In this document: in pieces, positions 9,199 through 17,371 of the stretch | Numbering within the stretch: position 1 is the first letter of the stretch | Layout: each line of letters begins with the position of its first letter | DNA from: Erysipelotrichales bacterium | GTDB taxonomy: Bacteria; Bacillota_I; Bacilli_A; Erysipelotrichales; Erysipelotrichaceae | Length of the DNA: 42,564 nt | Assembly (NCBI GenBank): GCA_038331365.1 | Contig: JBBQOY010000001.1 | Coordinates: 1 to 42,564, forward strand | Direction: 5' to 3' | Notes under the pieces: model-generated | Database searches by the model: none | Told to the model about the DNA's origin: nothing | What the model saw: the letters and a program-made list of their open reading frames with translations, nothing else | Program-made: the position numbers and the translations under genes

Positions 9199-9459
9199 AT
9201 GCCACAAATTAAATCGCAAATGAAACGCGCATTAACCAACTTAAAGCGTAGCACCGCTGTTACATCGGAAAAGTCAGCTTTGAAAACCGCCATCAAGAAA
9301 GTCTTGAAGGCAGTTGAAGCCAAGGACGCTGCAGCTGCAAAAGCCGCATACGATCTGGTCAACGCCAAATTGGATCAAGCCGTAAGCAGTGGGATTCATC
9401 ATAAGAATTATGCCGCTCGTCAAAAAGCAAGATTATCCAAATTAGTCAATTCGCTATAA
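9199..9459 (+). CDS. rpsT: 30S ribosomal protein S20
   Basis: 86 aa. MPQIKSQMKRALTNLKRSTAVTSEKSALKTAIKK is a typical S20 N-terminus. Confidence 0.95.
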   Translation: MPQIKSQMKRALTNLKRSTAVTSEKSALKTAIKKVLKAVEAKDAAAAKAAYDLVNAKLDQAVSSGIHHKNYAARQKARLSKLVNSL

Positions 9460-9462
9460 AAG

Positions 9463-9492
9463 AAAAACCAATCGATGATTGGTTTTATTTTT
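9463..9492. terminator. Intrinsic terminator between convergent rpsT and sdaA (probably bidirectional)
   Basis: Stem AAACCAATC (9465..9473), loop GAT, stem GATTGGTTT (9477..9485), flanked by an A-run upstream and TTTTATTTTT downstream. It overlaps the sdaA stop codon. Confidence 0.75.
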
Positions 9493-10708
9493 GTCTGTAT
9501 GGATCGATCCTAACTTCAGTAGCCAAGCCACCCAAAGCGGTTTCTCTTAGTTCGAGCACGATTTTCTTACCCGTATAGTTCATTGTTCTAACAACCATGT
9601 CGAAGGAAACTTTGCTTTCTTTGATCGAACCTAAGTGTTCAGCCATAAAAGCGGCATCTATGGCGCGTAAAGCCGCAGCCCCATTGCGTTCGATACAAGG
9701 AATGATGACATACCCACCCACTGGATCACAAGTCAAACCCAGATGATGCTCCATTGCAATCTCAGCGGCAGTTTCGATTTGTTTGAGTGATAAATCATGA
9801 AGATAAGCCGTTGCAGCTGCTGCCATTGAGCAGGCCGTACCGATCTCGGCTTGGCAACCTCCTACCGCACCTGAGATGGTCGCATTCATTTTTACGATAT
9901 TTCCAAACATCCCACCAACCATCAAAGACTGGATCAGTTTTTGTTTAGAATAGCCCAAATCATAATAGTAATGCATCATCAAAGCTGCCATAACACCACT
10001 TGAGCCACAGGTTGGGGCGGTGACAACCATTCCCCCACTGGCATTTTCTTCATTATTGGCGTATGCATATGCTAAAACTTTCAATCGATTACGCGCAAAA
10101 TCACTGTCTTGATTCTCAGCTTGAAGATAAAGTGATTTCGCAATTCTATTGACTTCTAAAAGTCCAGGTAGTGTCCCTGTTTGATCTAAACCTCGTTTGA
10201 CGGTCTTTAACATCATCTCAAAAATTTGTTCAAGATAGAATTCGATGTCAGGCTCATAGTGTTTTATCAAAGCTGGTAAACTCAAATGCATCGTCTTACA
10301 ATCATTTGCGACGCTTTCATAATCTTGATAAGGATAAATCGCTCGTTGAAAGTCGAAATTCTGTTCATGGATCTTTATGCTTCCACCGCCTAAAGAAAAA
10401 ACCGTCCACAGCCCGATTAGGTTATTTCTTTCATCATAGGCTTTATAAATGAGTCCATTTTCGTATAAGTGTTCCCAATTTAAGCGAAAATAGACTTTGC
10501 ACATTTTAGGCGAAAAAGTTTGAATGATGATTTGATCAGTATAATGACCTTTACCGGTCAAAGACAATGATCCATAGAGTTCCACATCAAAAGAGACAGC
10601 CTCTGGAAAAGCTTCTTTAAAAAGAATGGCTGCCTTCCATGGGGCTATGGTGTGTGAACTGGAAGGTCCTGGACCAATTTTATAGAGTTCTTTAAGTGAT
10701 TCCATCAT
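9485..10708 (-). CDS. sdaA: L-serine ammonia-lyase (iron-sulfur L-serine dehydratase, single-chain form)
   Basis: 407 aa with IGPGPSSSHT near the N-terminus, then CGSSGVMAA, GGCQAEIGTACSMAAA and GLTCDPVGGYVIIPCIERN blocks. Confidence 0.9.
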   Translation of the reverse strand: MMESLKELYKIGPGPSSSHTIAPWKAAILFKEAFPEAVSFDVELYGSLSLTGKGHYTDQIIIQTFSPKMCKVYFRLNWEHLYENGLIYKAYDERNNLIGLWTVFSLGGGSIKIHEQNFDFQRAIYPYQDYESVANDCKTMHLSLPALIKHYEPDIEFYLEQIFEMMLKTVKRGLDQTGTLPGLLEVNRIAKSLYLQAENQDSDFARNRLKVLAYAYANNEENASGGMVVTAPTCGSSGVMAALMMHYYYDLGYSKQKLIQSLMVGGMFGNIVKMNATISGAVGGCQAEIGTACSMAAAATAYLHDLSLKQIETAAEIAMEHHLGLTCDPVGGYVIIPCIERNGAAALRAIDAAFMAEHLGSIKESKVSFDMVVRTMNYTGKKIVLELRETALGGLATEVRIDPYRQK

Positions 10709-11700
10709 CTTGTCGCCTCGATCAGAAAGAGTTCGAAACCAAAACGTTTATCAACCAGTCCCGTTTTACTTTTTTGGTCGTATTCAGCCAAAGCATTGAG
10801 TACTTTTAAAAGTCGTCTCGAGGTGGTCATACGAGCCAAATACAATAATCTACTGACTCTAGATACATTCATTTGCGTGGTGCCATTGGATAGTATATTG
10901 ATGATCTCTTCACGATGTTTACCAACGTCATTTAAACTGGAAACTTGATATAGTATCCTGAGTTGACTGGCAATCAAACCGATGAAAGCTAAAGCATCGA
11001 TATTTAAAATGATCATATCATTCCAAATGTTTAGTGCTTCTGCCAACTGTTTATTCAAGATTGCATTAACCAAATGAAAAGCTTCGGAATCCAAAGGACG
11101 ACTCACTAATGCAACAACATCATCATAGGTGATAATTTGGCCATAGAGTTGTAATTTATCACATTCATGAATGGCCACAGACATATTATCATCCAAGCGT
11201 TTGATCAATTCATTGAAAGCTTCCTGAGTGACTTTTAATTGCCGCTGGCCAATCAATTCTTGTAGAAAAGATCTAAATTGATCAGGAATGAGTTTGTTGA
11301 TATGAATGACTTCACAGGTTTCTTTGATCTTTTTATAAACCAGTTTTACCGTATCCAGATTATCATCATCATACATTAATATAAGGGTGGTTTGATCATG
11401 TGGCTGATTCAAATAATGAATCAATTTTTGAACATCCGATTCGTTCTTATCTTTTGTTTTTTCTTTTTCTTTATACGCTCTGGTCAAGAAAACACAGTTT
11501 TGCAGTACCATAACTTTATGAAGACTAAAAAAAGTCATCGTATCGGCCTCTTCCAAAAAAGTAGGCATCGAAAAAGATGGACTTGTAAAGTCATAATAAA
11601 TCGTGTTCATTTGAGAGACTTCTCCCACCCTGCTTTTCAGGAGTTCCTGTAAGGATTTGTTGATGAGAAAAGGTTCATTGCCGTAAAGTAATACGTTCAT
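10705..11700 (-). CDS. holA: DNA polymerase III delta subunit
   Basis: 331 aa. The N-terminus (LLYGNEPFLINKSLQEL) and overall layout fit HolA, and it sits after comEC as in Bacilli. Confidence 0.85.
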   Translation of the reverse strand: MNVLLYGNEPFLINKSLQELLKSRVGEVSQMNTIYYDFTSPSFSMPTFLEEADTMTFFSLHKVMVLQNCVFLTRAYKEKEKTKDKNESDVQKLIHYLNQPHDQTTLILMYDDDNLDTVKLVYKKIKETCEVIHINKLIPDQFRSFLQELIGQRQLKVTQEAFNELIKRLDDNMSVAIHECDKLQLYGQIITYDDVVALVSRPLDSEAFHLVNAILNKQLAEALNIWNDMIILNIDALAFIGLIASQLRILYQVSSLNDVGKHREEIINILSNGTTQMNVSRVSRLLYLARMTTSRRLLKVLNALAEYDQKSKTGLVDKRFGFELFLIEATR

Positions 11701-11721
11701 AGTTGGTCCTTGTTTATTATA

Positions 11722-13626
11722 TCAAAAACCGAGCCTAAGTTGTTTGAGTTTACGAGAACTTGTCCAAAGTCCACTGATATATTCGTTTAGGATGAAGCTT
11801 ATGTCCCCTTCGGTTTTCGTCATCATCATCGGGATATGATACTTCGTTAATCGATTGAGCGTTTCAATGGATGGGTGACCATAGGCATTGTTTCCCACAC
11901 TGATGATGGCAAGTTTGGCTTGAACATGACTTAAGAAGAAATCTGAAGACGATCCTGCTGAGCCATGATGGGCAATTTTAAGAACATCTGCTTTCAGATC
12001 AGGATATTGTTTTAACAGTTCAATTTCAGTTATTTCATCGACATCTGCCATAAACAAAAACCGCATAGAATTGATATTTAAAGCGTAGATCAGCGAGGCT
12101 TGATTATCATTTGGGTTGCTCATTGGAACTTTCAATGACTTTAAATTGAACCATTTTAATTTGAGAGTTTGAGCTTCTGTAATCAATTGACCGACTTGAT
12201 AATCCTTCAATAATGAGGCCCAATTGCCATTGTGATCCGCATCAGCATGGGTAAGGACCAGGCGATCTATTCTGGTAATACCTTGGGCATTCAGGAAAGA
12301 ACTCAATTGACCATAAGCATTTATTTTGCCTGTATCAATCAAAATTACTTCCTGATTAAAAGGCGCTTGAAGTAAAATCGCGTCACCTTGACCTACAGAA
12401 ATAAAACTGATTTGATAAAACCAAGGAGAACTTAAGAGTGGTATGCTCAAAGCAAAGATGATTACCAACACTTTTAGCCTTAGTTTGAAGAACCCTAACA
12501 GAACAAAGCCACAACATAAAATTATCCCGATTAAAGGATTGATTCGTCCATGTAAAACACCCAAATTTTCCAAAACCTTGTAGAATGTCTGATTCATTTG
12601 GGCTACCATTAAGATTAAAGGTGTTAAAAAAGGCATTAAATAACCCAACCAAATCAACACATATAGACACGTTAGCATCTTTCTTAAAATAGGATAAAGA
12701 ACAACCAAACCGATGGATACACGATGAAACAAATGAAATTGTAAAAAACTCAAGTTCGACCATCGCATTGCTTTATCCAATTCAAAACTAGAGATAAACA
12801 TAAAAAGTAAAGGATATAATATGGCGGCACTTTGGAAACTTGAACTCTGGTAAAACACGAAAAATAGAACAAACACAACCAAGCGGTTGCGTTTATCCTT
12901 AAAAACCAACACCAATATTACTGAGATGATGACTCTAATTAAAGTCAAAGGATAGGTAAACACAATCGCACCAAAAATCATCACAGCAAGCATTAATATC
13001 GCTGAAATTGTCTCATTAAAAATCAATGAGAGAAGATAGCGACCTAATTGATAAATCAAGATATAGATTAAACCCATTGAAATCACAGCATTAAAACTCA
13101 TCAATGGATCTGATTGAAACATCAATGCTCGACTTAGTATATTAAAAGCAGGATTTGAATTAAACCCTCCTAACCCGATAAAATTCATCAAAGCATTGGG
13201 TCGATGAACTTTAACTTCAGATTCATTGGAGGAAGCAATCAAACCATTCAATGTTGTATATAAAGACTGATCAAACCCATAGGTCGTAGGAGAAATAGAA
13301 AATGAGGTGGTTTCAGCTAAAATTATTTCATCCAAGAGATTGAAGTGATCACTGTTTTTAGTATAGACCAGAACTTTACCCAGTGACGTCGCTACCACAA
13401 AACTTTGATTGTTGAGTTCAACGATTCGATTTTCAAAAAGAATGGGAAAATGGTCTAATATACTCCATTGTCCAAAAATACAAAGGGTTAAACCAATAAA
13501 AATATAACTCCGCTTTTTTAATACAAAAACGGATCCCAGTCCAAACGCTATCCAGAAAAACCATTTATCTTGGACATTATATAAGATAGGAATCGCCATA
13601 GCGGCCATTAGAAATGCACGTTTCAC
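11722..13626 (-). CDS. comEC: DNA internalization competence protein ComEC/Rec2
   Basis: 634 aa with a polytopic competence domain and a C-terminal metallo-beta-lactamase domain (SVGQGDAILLQ, LTHADADHNG, KIAHHGS). Confidence 0.9.
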   Translation of the reverse strand: MKRAFLMAAMAIPILYNVQDKWFFWIAFGLGSVFVLKKRSYIFIGLTLCIFGQWSILDHFPILFENRIVELNNQSFVVATSLGKVLVYTKNSDHFNLLDEIILAETTSFSISPTTYGFDQSLYTTLNGLIASSNESEVKVHRPNALMNFIGLGGFNSNPAFNILSRALMFQSDPLMSFNAVISMGLIYILIYQLGRYLLSLIFNETISAILMLAVMIFGAIVFTYPLTLIRVIISVILVLVFKDKRNRLVVFVLFFVFYQSSSFQSAAILYPLLFMFISSFELDKAMRWSNLSFLQFHLFHRVSIGLVVLYPILRKMLTCLYVLIWLGYLMPFLTPLILMVAQMNQTFYKVLENLGVLHGRINPLIGIILCCGFVLLGFFKLRLKVLVIIFALSIPLLSSPWFYQISFISVGQGDAILLQAPFNQEVILIDTGKINAYGQLSSFLNAQGITRIDRLVLTHADADHNGNWASLLKDYQVGQLITEAQTLKLKWFNLKSLKVPMSNPNDNQASLIYALNINSMRFLFMADVDEITEIELLKQYPDLKADVLKIAHHGSAGSSSDFFLSHVQAKLAIISVGNNAYGHPSIETLNRLTKYHIPMMMTKTEGDISFILNEYISGLWTSSRKLKQLRLGF

Positions 13627-14084
13627 AGATGAAGATAGGATTTAATTTGATCAAAGATCTTTTGTTTTATCCCTTTAATCCGCATGACATCTTCAATCTT
13701 TTGAAAGAAGCCAAAATTTAAACGATAGTCAATGATTCTTTGTGCCAGTGCTTCTCCTATACCAGGCAAAACCATCAATTCTTCAATCGAAGCTTGATTG
13801 AGTGAGATCCTTAATCCAGCATGTTCAGATAAAACAATCGTATCTCCATCTTTTAAAAGTGTGGCTGGATTCAAAGCGGTTAAATCACATGATTTACAAT
13901 CAACTACTTTTAGAAGTTCACTGAGTGGACTAAAATTAAGAAGTTGAAATTGTTGAATCGATCCATTTGGCATTTGAACGCTTACATCGATCATAGCTGC
14001 GGTAGGGTCTTTCAGATCATAGGGTTTCGATAGAATGGAACAACCACTCAAAATAAATAATCCAAGAAAAAAGAAGTGTTTCAT
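13623..14084 (-). CDS. comEA: Competence protein ComEA (lipoprotein signal, SLBB and helix-hairpin-helix DNA-binding domains)
   Basis: 153 aa with lipobox LSGC, followed by LNQASIEELMVLPGIGEALAQRIIDYR...IKGIKQKIFDQIK. It overlaps comEC by 4 nt. Confidence 0.85.
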   Translation of the reverse strand: MKHFFFLGLFILSGCSILSKPYDLKDPTAAMIDVSVQMPNGSIQQFQLLNFSPLSELLKVVDCKSCDLTALNPATLLKDGDTIVLSEHAGLRISLNQASIEELMVLPGIGEALAQRIIDYRLNFGFFQKIEDVMRIKGIKQKIFDQIKSYLHL

Positions 14085-14116
14085 ACTCTTCTTTTTTGTT
14101 TATTTTAAATGATTTC

Positions 14117-14584
14117 CTAGTCGACTGAAAGAATTTTAACAATTTCCTTGTTCGGTTCAACTTCGACTTCGTCATCCACTTTATGATCCATCAAAGCAAT
14201 GGCCAAAGGTGTGACATTGGATAGTTTCCCCGAAAGAGGGTCCGCTTCAACGGATGAAACGATGGTGTATTCTTCAGGTTCCTTTTTACCACGACTTAGA
14301 ATCTTAACTTTGACCCCAAGTTTAACAACTCTAGATCCACCTTTATGGTCATCGATGATTTCAATGTTGTTGAAGATGTTTTCCAATTCACGAATACGTG
14401 CTTCAACTTTTGCTTGACGGTCGCGAGCGACATCATAATCAGCATTTTCTGATAAATCGCCTTGTGCTCGTGCAGCTTGTAGATCTTCTATGACTTCTTT
14501 ACGGATCACATGAATCAGGTTATCCTGTTCTTTTTTTAATTCATCGTGACCGGCTTGGGTCACTCTTATTTTTTCTTGGGCCAT
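14117..14584 (-). CDS. greA: Transcription elongation factor GreA
   Basis: 155 aa with an N-terminal coiled coil (GDLSENADYDVARDRQ) and a C-terminal FKBP-like domain. Confidence 0.95.
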   Translation of the reverse strand: MAQEKIRVTQAGHDELKKEQDNLIHVIRKEVIEDLQAARAQGDLSENADYDVARDRQAKVEARIRELENIFNNIEIIDDHKGGSRVVKLGVKVKILSRGKKEPEEYTIVSSVEADPLSGKLSNVTPLAIALMDHKVDDEVEVEPNKEIVKILSVD

Positions 14585-14610
14585 CGGTTTTCTCCTTTAG
14601 TGCGGCGTAA

Positions 14611-15243
14611 TTATAACACATTTGTATGGATAATACTATCTATCTTAGTGGTCAACAAATCCACAGCAACTTCATTTCTACCACCTTCAGGAACGATCAC
14701 ATCAGCGTAGCGTTTAGAGGGTTCAATAAAAGTTTCATGCATGACTCTAACGGTGCTCATATAACGCTCCATCACGTTTTCCATGGTCCTGCCACGATCG
14801 CGAACATCTCTTTTCAGACGACGGATAAACCGAACATCTGCCGGTGTGTCCACAAAAATCTTGATATCGCATAACGATCGAATCAAACGGTCTTCCAAGA
14901 CAAATAAACCTTCTACCACAATAACATCTGAAGGCTCTATTTTTTCAACCTCGATTTTACGTGTATATTGGGCAAAATCATACGTTGGTTTTAAAACAGC
15001 ATGACCTGAAGCCAGCGCTTTGAGTTGAAGTGCCAACAAATCATTGTCAAAAGCAAGTGGATGATCATAATTTGTCTCCAAACGCTCTACCATAGTCATT
15101 TCACTTTGATCCTTATAATAATCATCCTGACGAATAATTAAAACTGAGTTTGTGGTCGAATAAGTTTTCACCAATCTTTTGGCCAAAGAAGTTTTACCTG
15201 ATGCTGAACCGCCTGCGATTCCAATAATGACACATTTTTTCAT
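14611..15243 (-). CDS. udk: Uridine kinase
   Basis: 210 aa with P-loop IGIAGGSASGKTS and NYDHPLAFD. Confidence 0.95.
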   Translation of the reverse strand: MKKCVIIGIAGGSASGKTSLAKRLVKTYSTTNSVLIIRQDDYYKDQSEMTMVERLETNYDHPLAFDNDLLALQLKALASGHAVLKPTYDFAQYTRKIEVEKIEPSDVIVVEGLFVLEDRLIRSLCDIKIFVDTPADVRFIRRLKRDVRDRGRTMENVMERYMSTVRVMHETFIEPSKRYADVIVPEGGRNEVAVDLLTTKIDSIIHTNVL

Positions 15244-15244
15244 A

Positions 15245-16303
15245 CTATCTTAGATATTTCTCAACATTTTTTAAATGATCGGCATAGGTTTTCGCATAAT
15301 ACACCGTACCATCGCCATATACATCGGCAATAAAATAGTAATAATCATTTAGTGTTGGATTGAGGGTGGCTAGAATTGCAGTCGCTGAAGGATTATCTAT
15401 GGGTCCTAAAGGTAAGCCATCATGAAGATATGTGTTATAAGGAGAAACGATGTCTTTGTTACCTTCACAATCTTTCCAATTGGTATAATTATAAAGCGCA
15501 TAACAGATTGTAACATTCGACTGTAAACGCATGGGTAGATTCAATCGATTATAAAAAACTTGGGCAACCATCTTCATATCCGCTACTTTAGATGCTTCAA
15601 ATTGAACGATGGAAGCTAAAGTGAAAATTTCATTAACAGAATAATTACTCGCATCAAAAGTAGCTTTGTTTTCAAGATAGAAAGCCTCCGTCTGATCTAA
15701 TAGTCGTTTTGTTATGACTTCCAAGTTTGATGTTGGATCAAGAAAATAGGTCTCAGGCATTAAATAACCTTCCAGCAGTACTTTAACACCATCCATCATG
15801 ATGTCTGACGTAATCACTTGATAATCCGCATCAAACTGGGCAAAGATGATGGGATCATTCCAAAAAGCAAGGATTTCTTCAGCATTATAGTTTGATATTG
15901 CTTCGATAGATAAGGCAACATCCTTCGCCCAATCGCCAGGAATAATTGTCAATGCAACATCGTTCTTTTCTGCATTAGATGCATTGGTTAAAAATGTAAG
16001 CATCGTTTTTGTATCCCAAGCTCGATCAATTTTATAGATACCCGCTTTAAATTCAGTTATTTTCATCAACTTGGCATACGTTTCAACGATAAAAGGTTCG
16101 TTAATCAATTCATGGGTTTCCAAAGTCAACGAAACATCTTGTAAAAGATCGCCTTCTTTAACCAAAACCAAAACAGTTTCACCTGCAGGACCGCGGGCTT
16201 TTAGATTATTACTGACATAAAAAAACATAAAAACTGATGCAATCATTACTAAGATCACACCAGTTAAGAGTATTTTAAAAGGTTTATGCTTCTTCCTCGT
16301 CAT
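15245..16303 (-). CDS. mltG: Endolytic murein transglycosylase MltG (YceG family)
   Basis: Single N-terminal TM segment, a LysM-like region, and a YceG domain with ASIVQFEA and PSATAILA. The track starts at TTG 16369. I prefer ATG 16303 (MTRKKHKPFKILL...), which cuts the overlap with the upstream gene to 20 nt. The start remains uncertain. Confidence 0.85.
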   Translation of the reverse strand: MTRKKHKPFKILLTGVILVMIASVFMFFYVSNNLKARGPAGETVLVLVKEGDLLQDVSLTLETHELINEPFIVETYAKLMKITEFKAGIYKIDRAWDTKTMLTFLTNASNAEKNDVALTIIPGDWAKDVALSIEAISNYNAEEILAFWNDPIIFAQFDADYQVITSDIMMDGVKVLLEGYLMPETYFLDPTSNLEVITKRLLDQTEAFYLENKATFDASNYSVNEIFTLASIVQFEASKVADMKMVAQVFYNRLNLPMRLQSNVTICYALYNYTNWKDCEGNKDIVSPYNTYLHDGLPLGPIDNPSATAILATLNPTLNDYYYFIADVYGDGTVYYAKTYADHLKNVEKYLR

Positions 16304-16547
16304 CGTTGTTTTCAAGTTGCCACTCTTCCAGGACTTTATTAAGCATCGTCCATTCTGCTTCTTCTTCAACCGGAATCAGTTCACCTGCATCAGTAAACTG
16401 TGATACAAAAATTTCTCCATCATCGACTTTATCATCATAATAGAAAACATACTTCCTTGTATTTTCTTCATCCTCGAATGTAAACAAAATTGACATCTCA
16501 TATTCTTTGCCATTATCATCGCTTACGATGATTTTGTTTTCTTCCAT
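16284..16547 (-). CDS. DUF1292 family protein (YrzB-like)
   Basis: 87 aa, acidic, with DDNGKEYEMSILFTFE...YVFY. It sits between ruvX and mltG as in B. subtilis. Confidence 0.8.
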   Translation of the reverse strand: MEENKIIVSDDNGKEYEMSILFTFEDEENTRKYVFYYDDKVDDGEIFVSQFTDAGELIPVEEEAEWTMLNKVLEEWQLENNDDEEEA

Positions 16548-16548
16548 A

Positions 16549-16977
16549 TTACCCTCGCTGGTTTCTTAATTTATCCAAATAGCCTTGTAAAATGAAGGTC
16601 GCTGCCATCTGATCAATGGAGGTCTTGCGCTTCTGTCGATTCATCTCAGCCATCAACATGCTCTTTTGAGCTGCGACAGTACTGAGACGTTCGTCTTCAA
16701 GGACAACTTCGATGGTTGAACGTAATTCAATTTCTTCTTTAAAATAAAGTGATCGCTGTGCACTCTCACCAAGAGATCCATTCATATGTTTGGGTAAGCC
16801 TAAGACAATTAAACTTACTTTCTCTTTATCTAAGACAATCATCAACTGATCCAAAGCATTTTGATAATCATCGCTTTGAAAGCGCAGGGTTGAGTAAGGA
16901 CTCGCTAAAAAACCGCTCAGATCACTGATTGCAAGACCTAAGGTCTTGGAGCCTAAATCACAGCCCAATACCCTCAT
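16549..16977 (-). CDS. ruvX: Pre-16S rRNA nuclease / Holliday junction resolvase-like protein YqgF
   Basis: 142 aa with [25 protein letters not shown] and DERLST motifs. Confidence 0.9.
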   Translation of the reverse strand: MRVLGCDLGSKTLGLAISDLSGFLASPYSTLRFQSDDYQNALDQLMIVLDKEKVSLIVLGLPKHMNGSLGESAQRSLYFKEEIELRSTIEVVLEDERLSTVAAQKSMLMAEMNRQKRKTSIDQMAATFILQGYLDKLRNQRG

Positions 16978-17240
16978 TGATCTGCTTCATCCAAATATGA
17001 GCGCACCAATTCCTCGATGATTTCATAGCGTTCAACGGTTTGAATTAGGTTACGTGCGTTTTTGTGGCTAGAAATGTAAGCAGGATCATCACTGATTAAA
17101 TAACCCGATAACTGATTGACCGCATTATAACCTCGTTCGACCAAGGCAGCTTGAACTTGCTTAAGTACTTGTTTAATGTTGTCACGTCTTAGCTCGTCCG
17201 TTTTGTAAGCAACAGTCTCTGTAATATTTTGATTACTCAT
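16974..17240 (-). CDS. ireB: IreB family regulatory phosphoprotein (UPF0297)
   Basis: 88 aa with [35 protein letters not shown]. It overlaps ruvX by 4 nt. Confidence 0.8.
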   Translation of the reverse strand: MSNQNITETVAYKTDELRRDNIKQVLKQVQAALVERGYNAVNQLSGYLISDDPAYISSHKNARNLIQTVERYEIIEELVRSYLDEADQ

Positions 17241-17371
17241 GCACTAGCCTCCTAGTTCTATTTTACAGTATCTTACACCTAAATAAAAGAATAAGCGGTA
17301 GAAACTCGTTAAAATAACACCTGATCCTGAATCTAATCAATGAATTGTAACAGATAAATAAAAGGACTAAA

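Noticed and set aside
12383-12763. Long alternative-frame ORFs inside real genes: 12383..12763 in comEC, 22211..22594 in the permease, 7698..7892 and 7974..8171 in the S-component gene, and 17852..18166 and 18519..18806 antisense to alaS
   Set aside because: They have no RBS and no recognisable motifs. Their Cys/Phe/Trp-rich composition is typical of out-of-frame translation of membrane or conserved genes. The overlapping annotated frames are unambiguous.
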